From: Mobula hypostoma | Lineage: Eukaryota | Length of the DNA stretch: 64,000 nucleotides | Reading direction: 5' to 3' | NCBI RefSeq assembly: GCF_963921235.1 | Contig: NC_086108.1 | Location: 52,144,001-52,208,000, forward strand | Part shown: positions 24,659-39,069 of the stretch, piece after piece | Position numbering within the stretch: position 1 is the first letter of the stretch | Layout of the letters: every line of letters starts with the position of its first letter | The notes under the pieces: generated by a model | Database searches by the model: none | The model's input: only the letters and a program-made list of their open reading frames with translations | Told to the model about the DNA's origin: nothing | Made by a program: the position numbers and the translations under genes

Positions 24659-26498
24659 TTGCACATCTTTTCACCAAGCCTCTGGTGCAAATTTTGTCAG
24701 ATAAACAATGTATTGATGAGAACAGAGCTCAGTATTAGATAATTCAAATCATTTGTTGCATTTTAAAATGGTATCTGGTGCAGTGACGTTTATGAAGCAA
24801 TTGCTGCTGGTGGTGCCCTTCAGCCTATTGTAAATTTTCAGTCTGAACCTACTGTTTACATGACAGAGATAAATATCATGCTGGCACCATAACTGCAATA
24901 GGATAGGAATAATTAGGGTTTTTAATGGTGGTCTATTCAATAGATTTGGCGCAGTCTAATTTGTTGCCTGTTCTTTAGTGTGCAAGAAAGGGAAATATGA
25001 AGCTGCTTGATTGAAAACAACCCAGTACTCACAAACAGGTTGGCATCTTCCTGTTATTCCAATAGTAAAGGCCCACTGAGGCTATGGTTCTCACCTGCTG
25101 AGCACACAGATATGTATTTTTTTTTGTGTACTTGCATTCTGATGACACCCCCAGTCTACCATTTACTGTGTCCTTCACTCTACAAATTATCTACTGAAAA
25201 TGTCATTGATGCTGAAGAACTCTTTATGTTTCAAGAGGACTCAGCTGTGGGGGAAAAATTCTACACCTCAACCATAGAAAATATTGTGAATGTTCAGCAG
25301 ATTGGGCTACATTTGTGAAGATATCTGTGCAGAACCAGTGATGTCAAACTTTAGACTCTGGATTATCGGTCACTTGAATTTGTGGTTGGAATGAACCAAT
25401 GGTCTTTCGGCAGCACTGCTACAAAAGTGGTGTAGTATATTGTTTAGTTTAAACTACGTTCTATTCTTGTGGGTAATACTGTTTTGGGTTGTTCTTCCAC
25501 TGCGACTGTAACTGTGTATGAATCGTGAAGCAAGTGGTTAGAATGTGGGCAACAGGTCAGTTCTGTCTATTACGCTGATTCTCACCATTCTAACCAACGT
25601 AGCATGTAACACCTCAGCTGTTGGGATATTTTGTGTTGTTGTGAGCTTAAAAATAATGCTGATAATTTTATTTAATCAGAATTAGATTTATTGTCATTGA
25701 GGTGTGGTGAAATTTGCTGTTTTGTGTTGGCAGTACAATGCAAAACAAAAAGGATTATAATTTACAATAATAAAATAAACAACACAAGAGAGGAATAGTG
25801 AGATAGTGTTTATGGTCTGATAAATCATCTGGCTTGCAATCCCTGTTTACACAGTAATATTACTTGATAGTAATGTTAAAGCCACACGTGCTTTATGTTC
25901 CTTAACATAAATGACATTGCATTGCCCAGCACCTTATGCATTTTTAATGCTCGCTTATTCATCAGCTAGTCTGCTATATTAATTTGAGATGATGTGCTGT
26001 CACGTTTGATCAGCTCCATTGCCTCAAATGACATTAAACCATTTGGGCTGATTTGGACCCATGATCCATTGTGTTTTCCTGCACCATTAAACATAGTCTG
26101 TAACACAGTGATGTATAAATGAGCAAATTTCAAAGTAGTTCCAGTGATTCATGAGGATGGGACTTCCTGTCAATAGTTTAATGTATTTAATGCTAGATTT
26201 GAAGAATTAAAACACTACCCATTTCTGTGCTATATTTAAGATGTTATCCCCATCATTAGTGCCCATACCGGATTAAAAAACTAGATTGTTGGATCCAAGT
26301 CCATGTTTTGGGCACAGATTTTTTTGAATTTACCAATCTATTCTGGAGATAAAAAAAAGTAGTTGTTGCGAAATAGTGAAAACGTTTATTACCAAATGGA
26401 ACTTTGTATTGAATTGGGCTAACTGAACACTTTGCTTTACCTTGTTGTATGGTGCTGAGGTATTTGACCAACTAAATCTTTGATCATTTGTTTTCCAG

Positions 26499-26636
26499 AA
26501 TCTAATTGAGGAGCAGCAGCAGCAGTTGAACCAGTATGAGTCAGCAGCTGGTCAGTGTGTCGCCGAATTACAGAAAGCTCAGGTCCAAATATGTGGATTG
26601 CAGGACAGAATTCAAGAGTCGGAATCTGCTAATAAG
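26499..26636 (+). CDS. PDE4DIP: Myomegalin coding exon 2 (NLIEEQQQ...ESANK)
   Basis: TTTTCCAG acceptor, AAG|GTGAG donor, 138 nt, coiled coil. Confidence 0.9.
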
Positions 26637-26872
26637 GTGAGCTGACATCTTATAACTGATGGATGTTATGATGTGAGTGGCACGCGGGTACAAATTTTTC
26701 ATTCTAAAAATCCAGTACTATCTTTCATGTTTTGTGGCAGTAGCAAGGTCATTAACATTTCCTCTTCCTGCGAAGAGCAGAAGTAGCTTATGTAGTTCAG
26801 ATAATCAAACAGTTTTTGAACAACTTTCTAGTACCTTTTTTTGTGGTTAATCCCATTTCTCCATTCTCCCAG

Positions 26873-26992
26873 ATGCTGCAGGCGAATCTAAATGAAATGG
26901 AAAGTGAATTGAAGGCAATGCGTTATGCAGCACAGAAGCAAGAACATGCTCAGCTGGGGCTGAACAAGGCTTTGAAAAACAAAGACAAGGAG
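26873..26992 (+). CDS. PDE4DIP: Myomegalin exon 3 (MLQANLNEM...KDKE)
   Basis: CCCAG acceptor, GAG|GTAAAT donor, 120 nt. Confidence 0.9.
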
Positions 26993-27779
26993 GTAAATAG
27001 AGACACAGGTGGCAACTATCGCCCACGGAAGCAAAAGGATGTATCTAATAATTTACAGGAATTATAGTGTAAATTACTCTGGTTCAAGTGCACATAAAAT
27101 GCTCTTTGAAAATACCTAATGGAATCTGCTTCCTCCATCCTGTCAGCCGATAGTTGCAGATTGTAACAACCCCTCCTTGGGTGCAGTTTGGAAAGTAACT
27201 CCCCACTTGACTCCTTGTTTGCTAATTATTTTCAATCTGTGTTCTCTGACCAGTTAAAATAAACTACAACTATATCATTAACCATTTATTAGGTGTCCAC
27301 TTAACTTTTTCTGCTCTGGTAATTTTGCATTTGACAGGCAATGTTGCCACTAAGAAGTAATGTGTAAAATCTAGGTGCCAATGCAGTCTTTGTTAATTGT
27401 GACTACAATATAATAGTATAACTATTTTCAGGTTTGATCACCAATCCATCCATCTAACATTGTTGACTGATAGTGAACAGTGCTCCCTTTGCTTAATAGA
27501 AATAGATGAATCAGAAATATCCATTCATTAATAAGAGCAACAAATGGAATAAAAGCATAAACAAAATTACAGATGTCTTCAGAAGATTTTCCACCTTTTC
27601 TACTTCTAGGAGGAGCCACTGTTGTATCCTTATGCTAGAAATATTAGTCAGTGGAAGCTATACCTGACAATGACAAAAAATAACAGCCTGTGTTATATGG
27701 ATGCTTTTATTAGTAGAAATAGTTCCAGTGATTTTTGTGATCTTGAAAGTCAAATCTCTCACCTTTGTTTTTCTCTCAG

Positions 27780-27872
27780 ATCGAAGAACTTTATCGTGCA
27801 ATTGATGGCCAGAATGAGACACAGGCCAAGCTGAGGGAGATGCTTCACAGAAGCCAACTTGAAAATCTGAAG
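27780..27872 (+). CDS. PDE4DIP: Myomegalin exon 4 (IEELYRAIDGQNETQAKLREMLHRSQLENLK)
   Basis: Polypyrimidine tract plus CAG, AAG|GTAGAG, 93 nt; resembles recalled human EELYQVIEGQNDTMAKLREMLHQSQL. Confidence 0.92.
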
Positions 27873-28056
27873 GTAGAGAACAAGTAAAATAATAACATAA
27901 ATAATAATATTGAATTGTACTGAAACATCTTATTTTTGTTTTTATTATTCCTACTTGTGCCCTATCAGCTCCAAAATGACTTTCAAATTCCAAATTCAAG
28001 AATTAGCCAAGATAATAATTGATACTATCTTTGTTAATTCTCACAGCCCTTTGCTA

Positions 28057-28246
28057 GATTTGAAGGTCACTAGTTCGAGCCTCAGCTGTGGCAACGTGTT
28101 TGTGTCCTTGAGCAAGGCACTTAATCACACATTGCTCTAGTCTGTGTGAGGAGTGGCGCCCCACACAGACTTCCAATCTGCGCCTTGTAAGGCATGAAAA
28201 TGCCCGACACAGGCCTCTCATGGTCTGAGTTGACGTTCCCTTCCTC
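28057..28246 (+). mobile_element. 5'-truncated tRNA-derived CORE-like SINE
   Basis: B box GTTCGAGCC; GTGTCCTTGAGCAAGGCACTTAA CORE-like motif; 10-bp TSD CCCTTTGCTA/CCCTTTACTA (28047-28056, 28247-28256). Confidence 0.7.
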
Positions 28247-30128
28247 CCCTTTACTAATATGCTAAAGTAGAGATACAGAACACTATATTTTATTCAAATT
28301 CATTTTTTCCACAAAAATTGAAAACCATGGAGCTGTTGGTTATGCTGTTAAATGTCATAACCTATAGTCCATCTACTTTGAAAATCAAAATTATTTTGTC
28401 ACTAGTGTACTTTATTTTCTATTTAAAAAATTTTAGTAATGTAAAAAGAGCTGCAACAGTTCAGTGGGTCAATGCACTGCTTAATATATTCCTGAGTCTC
28501 ATAGACTGGAATGAATATTCTCACTTGAAGTCTTGAATTAATTAATCTGACTGGGAATTTCCAGTTACCTGGTGTCAGTGGTAGTTCTAAATGAGCTAAT
28601 GTCAGTTAGGCATGCAAGTTTGTTGGTATCAGTAGAGGAGGTCAGGTAACTTAGTTCTAAGATAAAAATAATGTAGCACAATTGGTTGTAAGCTAGAGTG
28701 TGTGGGGGGGGTAGGGTAGTATAATTATCAAGATCCTGTTTCTTGTTTGTTTCCTGTTGATTCTTGCTGATGCTCATTCTCTACATTTCTGCATCATTCC
28801 CCAGTTTAATGTATTATAGAAGTTTTTTTAAATTCATATTTTGGGGATCTAGGTATCAATAGCAAGGACAGCAATTGTTAGCCTTTCTGAACTTTCATTG
28901 GGAAGATGGCGATGAGCAACCTTTCCAGCCCACTGCAGTCTTTCTGGTAGAGGTATTCCCTTAGTGCTAATGAAGAGAAACTTGATCATGATGGCATCTA
29001 TGGACAGAGAAACAGTGTTTCAAGTCAGAGACCCTTTATCAGAACATGGAATAGACACAAGGAGTTAGTTCAAAGTTTACAGAGAGGGTGAGGGAGGGAC
29101 AAGAGAAATATCTCTGTGATATGGTGAGGCCATTGCTGTTGGACCTAAGTTGTTGATGGAGTAATAGAGTTACTAAGTTGATGAGGGCAGTTAGAGATAG
29201 TATGATCAAAGAAATGCAAAAACTTTTGGTGGGGGGGGGGAACAGAGCATAAATTAAAACAAACATAGCAGTTACAAAATGCAATGCTATAGATATACCT
29301 GGAAGGCCAGGCTCTGTAAATGGAGAGAATGAAAGTATAAAAGTGCTCCAGTATTGTAAATGGGTGACATGCAGCAGAACATGTTTATTCTGATTCAAGC
29401 AGAAAAAGCACATTGTGCTTGCAATTATAAAACTACAGTGTACTCAGACAGAAGATGAGGCGCTTTTCCCAAGCCGGCTTCCCCACTCTCCATTAACTCC
29501 CTTTTTTCAACTTGTGCGTAGAACTCCCTAAGTTCTTGATTGTTTTCCAGCATTTTCTATTTTTATTACGCATTTCTAGCATCAGCAGTTGTTTTTTATT
29601 TGATTTTCATTTCCCAAGAGTTGCTGTATTTTGACCCAGTAATGAAAGAATAGTTCCAAGCTGGACGATAATGTAGATCATGGTATTCCTATCCATGTGC
29701 TGCCCTTGCTCTTCTTGGTGCTTGAAAATGTTGTTACGGTAGCCTGGGAAATAATTACTAAGCATGTGGTAGATGGTTAAAGCTGTAGCCACTGAGCACT
29801 ACTAGCAGACAAGCCATGAATCAATTGCTGGAGCTCTAGTCATCCAGCAATAGGAAAATATTTCTTTGTAATTCCATTCTGTGCCCAGTAGATAATGGAA
29901 AGGCTTTTGATTGTGAGGAGATGAATCACTTGCTGCAGGATATCCAGCCTCTTGCATGCTCTTAAAGCCTTTGTCATTTGTGGTCATAACACAATTATTC
30001 AAAGCGAATTTTGTTTCCAGTGACTGAATAATCAATTTAAGTGGTCCTTATTTATAGGGAAGTATATGATAGTACAGTAAGCATGTCATTTCTACTGATC
30101 CTAAGTCATTTCAACTATTTGTTTGGAG

Positions 30129-31929
30129 CAGCCTTTCTTGATCTTTTTGTCCTGGAGGAACCTTGAAATAATTTTCAGATCTCTAAATCCCGGCTTAAAA
30201 ATTATTATATCTGCAGCTCACAGTACATGTAGTGTGATCAGTAAGTTGCAGATATAATAATCCAAAAATAATTGTCAATGCTGTTTTGAGTAGAGAATGA
30301 ATTTTTAGCCAACCTTCCTTGGGAAAAAAAAACACAACAGGTTGTTAAGCTTAACTTACCTTTCTTGAAATTAATCTCTTTCTTCCCTTCTCACAAATTT
30401 TAAAAATTCATAAGGCAAACATAATAAATTTCTGATAAATAACTGGCTTAATCCAAAATGGGATTTAATTTTTCTAAAGGTAGGCTCGGTAGATTTAATT
30501 TAAATAAAGGTTGTAAATTGATTTTAATTAATGCCATATATAGCATGAAAATTTATTGACAATGTTGAATAGTAGAGTTAATGAAGAACATAAGCAAAGC
30601 AATATGAATAAAAATACAGTCTAACACGCAATTTTATACAAGACTTTAAAAAAGCATTTTCTTACTAAGTGACATGATCAGTCTCAAGTATAGGTAGGCC
30701 TAGCATGTGAAACCTTAACTTGCTTTTTGCTGAACAGGTTCTGAGTCGAACTTGAGATAAGCACACATGGATTTCATCTTCATCTGAAATGAGACAATTT
30801 CTATCCTTGCTCTTGCTGCTTATTAAAGTTAGCTGGCACATGTGAAAACTGCAGCAAAATGTTCATTGTTTTCTTATGAATGGCAGGATACTCTTCTTTC
30901 ACAGACATTGAAAACTTATCCAGGGTCAGGTCAGTAAATTTCATCTTGAGTGCATGATCAGACCGCAACTCACAAAGTTCTTCCTCTTCTCTCAAAGTCA
31001 AGTTCTTAGGCTGAGCAGAAGATTCAGAGAAAGGGTCCCTCATCCAGACATACACTTGTGTTGAAAGGGAGGAAAAATACTGTTTAGTTTTGTTCGACAG
31101 TTCTCCCAGGTGGTTTTCAATGAGACTTTCTGATATCCTTCCTCACTCTCAAGCCCAAGCAGCAGTGAAAACATTTCAAGCTTTCCTTTTCCAAAGATTC
31201 ATTTTCCTTTTAAATACAAGAATCTTGTAACTTGAAGTCAAAACATTTTCTCCAGGGCCTTGTGGAGATTTGTTAACTGGTTCATATGATGAAAAATATT
31301 TGCTAAGTAGGTGAGTTTCTGCAGCCGTTCTTCATCTTCGCACTCAGCAAAATCTGGCCTACTGTTTTCTTGAAAGAACTCCTGCAATACAGCTTTCAGC
31401 TCAAACACCCTGTTGAGAACTCTTCCTCTATTCTGAGAATTTTCCATAGGCTTAGAAACCTCCTCTTCAAAAATCACCATATTGGACAAGCAGGCATGTC
31501 TATAAAACACAGGTTAATAAAAGGAGAAGTTGGGAAGCGTGGAGCGGGGAAGTTGGGGGGAGGTAATTTGGGTCGTAAGGGCTGATGTCACAGCCCAAGT
31601 TAGGCGAGTCCAATCAATGCTCAGAAAACTCACCTCATGCTCCTCATCAGTCTACTGTCGTCCCCTCTGTGCAATAAAGTGCTCACCAATTATCAACAGC
31701 CTCTCCTATCTCCTAGTCAAAAACTGAGAATGGATTCAACCAGATAAACACGGTCATACTGCGCAGTGCCATACTGGGCTGAGAGATCTCTAACGAGATT
31801 GTTAATGGGGCTGCTCGGTCACTGCCCACCACTGCAAGTGCTACCGTTGCACACTGCACAAAGTTGAAAAATGCGATGTTTATTTTTCTTAATCACAATC
31901 TCTCACGGAAGCCCGGTTGAGAAACCCTG
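30129..31929 (-). mobile_element. hAT (Buster/Charlie-like) DNA transposon, internally deleted
   Basis: CAG..CTG termini with imperfect TIRs; 8-bp TSD GTTTGGAG/GTTTAGAG. Transposase remnants RGRVLNRVFELK, LTYLANIFHHMNQL, WMRDPF, EEYPAI..NILLQFS. Confidence 0.88.
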
Positions 31930-31939
31930 GTTTAGAGTT

Positions 31940-34900
31940 ATAGAACACTACAGAAACAGTAACCACAAGAGATCTGCAGGTGCTAGGAATCAACCCTACA
32001 ACCTACCTTCATGCCGAGCTATTATTCTGCTTAGTCCCATCAGGCCCTCAATACTCCTCCCATCCATGTACCTATCCAAACTTTTCTTAAGTGTTGCAAT
32101 TGAACCTGCTTCCACTGGCAGCTTGTTCCACATTCACACTGCACTCTGAGTGAAGAAGTTCCCCTTAAATAGCTCACCTTTCACCCTTAACTTATGACCT
32201 CTGGTTCAAGTCCGCCCTATAAAATTTCCTGCTTTATTCTTAGAGCCTTTTTTGAACAACGGAACAATATTAGCTATCCTCTAATCCTCTGGCACCTCAC
32301 TTGTCACTAAGGCTGTTTTAATTACCTCTGTAAGGGGCCCCTGCAATTTCTGCACTGGCCAAGGGGAGACTTCTTGCCAGGCAGTGGGAGCTTAACCACT
32401 CTAATTTGCCTCAAGACTACAAACACCACCTCTTCTGAAATCCAGATATGGTCCGTGATCTCGTTACTGTTTTGCCTCAGTTCTGTACACTCTGTGTCCA
32501 TCTCTCCAGTAAATATAGATGCCAAAAAAAATCTAATTAAGATCTCCTCCTCCTCCTTCAGCTCCATGCATAGATGAACATACTGATTTTTCAAGTGGAC
32601 CAATTTTGTTCCTTGATATATTCTTGCTCTTCATATATCTGTAGAAGTCCTTGAGATTCCCCCTCACCCTGTCTGCTATAGCAACCTCATGCCTTCTTTT
32701 AGCCCTCCTGATTTCCCTCTTAAGTGGCATTTACTACATTCTTCAAGTGCTTTGTTTCCCCCCTGCTGCCTGTATCTGTTATTCTTCTCAACCAGGACCT
32801 CAATATCCCTCAAAAACCAATGTTCCCTTAACCTGTTAACATTGCCTATTATTCTAACAGGAACATACAAACTCTGTACTTTCAATATTTTGCTTTTCAA
32901 GGACTCTCACCTACCAAGCATCCCTTTGTCAGAAAGCAACCTACCCCAATCCATACTTGGTGAATCCTTTCTGGTGCCCTCAAACTTGTCCTTTCTCCAA
33001 TTTAGAATCTCAATCCAAGGGACCAGTTCTGACGGTATCTATCTTGAAACCAATAGAATTATGATCACTACATCCAAAGTGTTCCCCTAGACACATTTCT
33101 GTCACCTGCCCTGTCCTGTCTTGTTCCCTATTAGGAGATCCAGTATTGTGCTCTTTCTAGCTGGGACCTCTCTGTATTTGTTAAGGAAACTTTCATGAAC
33201 ACATTGCTCATCTAAATCCCGCTAACTAATAGGAGGTACTAGTTAGTGGGGGTCTATATCAGATTTAACATAATCTTCCCTTTCTTATTCCTCAGTTCCA
33301 CCCAGATAGCCTCAGTAGACAAGCCCTTGTGCCTGCTCTATCAGACGTTTTCCCTGATGAATAATGCCACCCCTCCCCCTTCAATCCCTCCCATTCTATC
33401 ATGTCTAAAACATTGGACCATTGACAGCAGAAATTCTGCAAATGCTGGAAATCCAGAGCAACCCACAGAATGCTAGAGGAAATCAGGTCGCACAGCATCC
33501 GTGGAAATGAACATTTCAGGTTGAGGCCCTCGCTCAGGGCTCGAAGGAGGGTCTCAGCCTGAAATGTCGACTGTTTGTTCATTTCTGTGGATGCTGCCTG
33601 ACCTGCTGAGTCCCTCTGCATTTTGTGTATTTTGCACTGGAACATTACGTTGCAGTCCTGCCCCTCCTGCAACCAAGTCTCACTAAAGGATACAATATCA
33701 TAATTCCACGTGTTGATCCATGGTCTAGCCCATCTGCCTTTCCCTGTACTGTTCCTTACACTGAAATAGGTACAATTCAGAACATTAGTCCCAACATGCT
33801 CAACCTTTCATGTCCTGCCTTGACATCTACTTTCCCCACAACTGTTCCACCAGCTGCCTGGCACTCTGGTTCACATCCCCCGCAACACTAATTTAAACCC
33901 CCTGGAGCAGTGCTCGCCTTCTAAACCTTCCCAAAAGGATATTGGTCCCCTTCCAGATTAGGTGCAAACGGTTCTGTCTCTGCAGGTTCCCCCTTCACTG
34001 GAAGAAAGTCCAATGATCCAAAAATCTGAAGCCCTCCCTATTGCACCATCTCTTTAGCCACATGGTAAACTATATTATATTCCTGTTTCCAGCCTTACCA
34101 GCACATGTCAATCCTAAGATCACTAGCTTGGAGGTCCTATCTTTCACTTAGCACATAATTCCCTGAACCCACTTTGCAGGACCCCATCACCCTTCTTGCC
34201 TATGTCATTGTTAACAATGTGGACAATAACCTCAGGCTGCTTACCTTCTCCCTTAAGAATGCTATAGACTCCATCTGAAATGTCCCTGACCTAGGCACCT
34301 GGGAGGCAACATACCATCCAGAAATCTCATTCTCATTCACAGAATGCTCTGTCTGTTCCCCTAACCAATGAATCACCTCTTCCCACTACTGCTCTGCTCA
34401 CTTCTTCTCCCCACTTCCCTTCTGAGTCAGAGCCAGACTCAGTGCCAGTGTACTGACTGCTGCGGCTGTCCACTGCTAATTTGTTCCCAACATTATCCAA
34501 AACAATATAGTTGTTATTGAGGGGAACAGCCACAGGGGTACCCTGCACTGGCTGACTGTCCCTTTTTCTCTTTTGACAGTCACCCAGTTACCTAGGTCCT
34601 ATACCTTGCATATAACTACCTCCCTGTTTCTCCTGTCAATTACCCGTTCATCTACCGAATGATCCAAAGGTCATCCAGGTCCAGCTCCCTTATGGAGTCC
34701 ATAAGAGGCTGCAGCTGGATGCACTTCTTGCAGGTGTAGTCATCAGGAATACCGAAGGGCTCCCTGACTTCCAACATCACACAAGAGGAGCACTGCCATC
34801 CCAACTGTCATTCCCACTGCTCTAACTGTGCAGTAAAAAAGAAAGAAACTTACCTGAGCTTAGCCTCTTCTTGCTGAAGCATCTTGAGGCAAAACCTCAG
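31940..34900 (-). mobile_element. Long decayed CR1 LINE with ORF1 (Cys-rich + esterase) and ORF2 remnants, internally deleted
   Basis: 3' end ~31940-32220; LKREIRRAKRRHE..FYRYMKSK; ORF1 esterase-like GDSLVRGTDR (34333-34548); CxxC motifs ~34700-34800. Confidence 0.8.
33423..33634. mobile_element. Short palindromic Penelope-derived element nested in CR1
   Basis: Inverted arms (CATTTCAGGTTGAGGCCCTC / GAGGGTCTCAGCCTGAAATG); imperfect 12-bp TSD CATTGGACCATT/CACTGGAACATT. Confidence 0.7.
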
Positions 34901-35760
34901 CTCACCACTCTGACCCTGGCCTACTGATGCTATGGTCTCTCCCACAATGGCCACTCCACTTAAACCCAATTTATTTTTATTGGCCCTTGCCAAGTGCCTT
35001 GTAGTCCAAAGGATGTCAAGCTCCACAGAATATCTCAACAGGCTGTAATTGCTTTTTAAATCTGGTGCTAAAGCTTTTGGCGCAGTCTCAAGCTCAGCTT
35101 TTTGCCGGGGATTCTGATTATCCTATTAAGTATGAGGCTTCATATAGAAAAGAAGTACGAATTTGTACTTGCATAACTTCCTCACAACATTGGTATGCTT
35201 CACAGCATACTTCTGAGTGCTTCACAATCAGTTAAATACTTCTGCCATACAAGTATTGTTCTAAAATGCAAAATTAATGCTTAGTAAAATCCCACAAACA
35301 GAAAATGACCAGTTAATTTGATGTGGCGCAGAGAATAATGCTGTCCAGGATAGTTAGTTTCTACATTCTTCTGCAAAGAGTTAGAGGGAGAGAATCAGAA
35401 CATTATTATCTCATCTCAAAGGATTGATTTCCAAAAGTGCAGCACTCTTTTTTTATTTGCATTGAGGTGTAATCTGAATGAAAAGGCCACTATCAGAGAG
35501 CCTAGGTTAATGGAAACAGAAAGTGAGGCCATTGGTCTGATGTCTTTGACATGATAGTGGAAGGAATAAGTGAAGAGTGAGAGTATGCAAGTTTCAGGGG
35601 AGAATACAACAGAATATTTTGAAACAAGAAAGAGTAATGTAAAATCCCATGGAAGATGTAAAATCTATTTTACGTTTGTGTGTGTTCTCTCTTCCTTATT
35701 ACGATTTGTTCCAAATGTGTTCGTCTTTGCTCGGGGCTGCAGCGTTGCTCATCCTGTCAG

Positions 35761-35979
35761 AGCAAGGATGGACAGTTGACATCATCACACACCCAGCAGG
35801 CTGAATTTCTGGAAATGCAAAGTACTTCCTTTTCCAATCAGCTGGAACTACAGCGAAACGCAAGGCTGATTCGTCAGAAGGAGTATGAATTGGCTGACAT
35901 CAAGTGGAAGAAAGAACTGATGGAAACTGAAGTACAGGAACTTTATCAGCAGAAGGAGGATGCTGTCAAACACAATAAA
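35761..35979 (+). CDS. PDE4DIP: Myomegalin exon 5 (SKDGQ...AVKHNK)
   Basis: CCTGTCAG acceptor (in-frame alternative at 35743), AAA|GTGAGT donor, 219 nt. Confidence 0.85.
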
Positions 35980-36641
35980 GTGAGTGCTTGGGTGTTCACT
36001 CTCATGAGCTCATGGTTTTTCCAAGGGTGCATTTTTTCCAGCATATAACACAGTGACACAGACTTTTGAGGCCTGGTTTGGTTTTGTCTTATTTTTCACC
36101 AAGTTATAGCAGGTCTGTATTTTGGATTGAAGGCACCTGGTCAAGAGTAAGCATTACCAGATCAGAAATTGCAGTACACAAGTTTCACGAATAGGGGAAG
36201 TGTATTCTGCCTCATCCTCAACTGGAGAAGAGAATCTTTGTATTCACCACTGTAACTTTTTCCATCAACTTTGCCAAAGCCTCAGGCTGACTGAGGTTGT
36301 TTGTTTCTGCCAAGTATGGGTGGCAAAAAAAAACTTGGACTGTCTGCAGGAAACAAAAAAAGACTTTTCACATCATTGACTTGGCTGGATTTGAGATTAG
36401 AGTTTTGAGCTGAAAACTTAATTTATTAACTTGCAATGTTCTCTCCAATTTCTTACACTGACTCATTAAAATTTGTTGCTGATACAGATAGTCTACTGCA
36501 ATTTTTTCCAGATCAATTACACTGTAGAGGTGTTAATACTGCATCATATAAAATGAGTTAGGTGGTACTATTTGTTTGGCAGCGGATGCAGGGAATCATT
36601 CTGTTGCAAGGTAACGGTGTTTTTTTAATGGTTTGTTTCAG

Positions 36642-36800
36642 GAGCTGTGCAGCACACTGCAGCAGGTCCGACAGGAGCTGCTAGAGAAGGACCAGGGCTA
36701 TCGAGCCTTGGAGGGAGAGCATCAGCGTGAAATCCACATCCAAGAGGAGAACATCCTCTGCCTGAGGGAGAGGTTGCATGATAAAGAGCACTTCCTGCAG
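36642..36800 (+). CDS. PDE4DIP: Myomegalin exon 6 (ELCSTLQQV...EHFLQ)
   Basis: TTTCAG acceptor, CAG|GTAGAA, 159 nt. Confidence 0.9.
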
Positions 36801-38317
36801 GTAGAAAGAGTTGCCATTCTACATGCTACTATTAAATATTCACGTAGCTGAATGAGATGTATATTGATGGAGGTCCTGCAGTTTTAGTCAGATTGTGTTT
36901 ATATAGGAGCACTATTAATTGCCAATTGTTTTGTCATTTGGTCAATACCACACTGAATCTTCACCCTATTTACATCTTTATGCCTTATTGAAAACGTGAT
37001 GGAGGGTAAAGTTTCATGGTGATGGGGATCCTAAATGACTGGACATATTTAGTTGAGTTTGACTGGAAAAGAATACGTCCAAATTTATAAATGTGATTTG
37101 GGGGTTCTGTTGCATTCAGACCAAATTCACAAATCAGCTTCATTGTGGATTTTATTTGAGGAAATACCTTCTCCCCTAACCACCCCCTTTTTTTTAAAAA
37201 AGGTGTTGAAAAATGGAAGCAATTTATTGTAAGTGTAGTGTTTTGGGATGTTTCTGACAGATTTATTAAAGTAGAGAATAAGTATTCCTTTCACTAAGTG
37301 TAGGCCAAAAAGGTGTGATTTTTCTGCTTATAAAGCATAGGCATAATAGTTTTAATAATCGGGTAACAAACTGATTTTGTTATTGAAGTAGTCATCCAAA
37401 AACACAAAAAATGTTAATTTTTCAGCATCTGAACATCTGTGGAAAAGTTAGTATTTGTTATCTTTGAAAAGGTGGTAGTGAGTCAACACATTGAACAGTT
37501 GAAGTCCTTCTGGTTAAGTTTCCCTTGTAAGTCTGTTGAATAAAGAATTCCAGGGTTACACCCATTAACAAAGAGGGAACTACAATATATTTCCAAGTTG
37601 GGATGAATTGGAGGAACATGTGCCATATTCCTGAAACACCATCCTCTTTTATGCTTGAGCTCGTGGGTTTGGGAGATGGTATTGTAGCCTAAGCCAGTAA
37701 CTGCATTACATTTTGTAAATGGTACATGCGGTAGCCACGGTGTACCGGTTGCAGAGGGAGTGAATGTTGAGGGTGATGGGTGGGATGTAAGTCAAGTGGG
37801 CTGCCTTGTCCTGGATGGTGTCAGTTTTGTTGAAGCTGCAGTCATCCAGGCTGGTGGTGACTGTTCCCTTGTATTTTAGAGATAGTTGAGTCGAATGAAC
37901 CCCTCAAAGCAGGCTACCCTCCCTCTATCTAACCTGCTCTTATATAGTATTTAAGTGACTAATCCAGCTGAATTTTTGGTCAACTCTAACCTTGGGATTG
38001 GTGAGACACTTGGCCATTTAATCTTACCTGAAGCAGATTAACTGGAGAAGAAGAGATGTATTTTCTGTTTCCAGAACCATTACTAGTGGTCTGAATAAGA
38101 TTTTTAAATTAGTAAGGAGATACTGAAGCTTACTATGCAACATCATGTTGGGTCAGGCTTTGATTAGTGCAGGATCACTCAATTACCACAAATCATTTAC
38201 CCAACCACAGATTTACTCCACAGTGGCTTGGATTTGAAATCAGCCAGGTGCTTAAGATGAAGGAGAACTGCAACAAAACAATATTTGTTCCATATATTTC
38301 TCTTTGTATATTCACAG

Positions 38318-38431
38318 CAATATATTGAACTTTTTGAATGCCAGCAGAATGAGGAGCAAAGTGGACAAGAGAAAGATGTACTGGTAGATAAACTCTGGGA
38401 GTGTATCAAAGAGAGAGATAAAGCTTCAGAG
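38318..38431 (+). CDS. PDE4DIP: Myomegalin exon 7 (QYIELFE...ERDKASE)
   Basis: TTCACAG acceptor, GAG|GTACTT, 114 nt. Confidence 0.88.
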
Positions 38432-38931
38432 GTACTTCACTGAGTCTTGGTTCCTATTCACTTCAGCTTATTGTAGAAATGATCATATTGTGCATGTTTT
38501 AATTGTGTCAACAGAAAATGATTGTTCCATTAAGCATATTAACGGTGAAGTTAAGACAATGTTTGAAAGGATTACTAGGAAATGGAATAGTTTTGATGAA
38601 ATGCCTCTGATTTTGTTTGTTGGAGAAATTCATGAGAAAATTGTTCAGTTTTGTGTTGGTGGGGCAGGAAATAGCTTGATTGGTGGGTTAGGTTTTTTTT
38701 ATGTTTTAACTGATCCTGTTTCAAAATGTTTGGGCAAACTACAAGATTCCACACAGTCATTTACTAGAAGAATACAAATAGATTCTGAAGGGACCCATCA
38801 AGCAGCAACTGTGGAGAGAGAAAAGTCCAGATCCCAGGGTTCAAGGTTTATACAACTTTAAAACTTTACAAGAATTAGGAGAGCTTGTGCATCTTTAAGT
38901 ACTGCGGTCTCATTTCTGCTGTTTATTCCAG

Positions 38932-39069
38932 CGAGCCCTTGAGGAGAAATTTCGTTCCTTGGAGGAAAAGGAGAGTGAAATCCAACAACTGAATCTAACT
39001 GTACGTGAAAAAGAAAAGGATCTAGAGCGATTCCGTCACATCTTCTCCAGTAATGAAGAAACTATCAAT
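38932..39069 (+). CDS. PDE4DIP: Myomegalin exon 8 (RALEEKFRS...NEETIN)
   Basis: TTCCAG acceptor, AAT|GTAAGT, 138 nt. Confidence 0.92.

Noticed and set aside
30801..31510. ZBED5/Buster-like host gene
   Set aside because: Fragmented frames bounded by TIRs and an 8-bp TSD: a transposon fossil.
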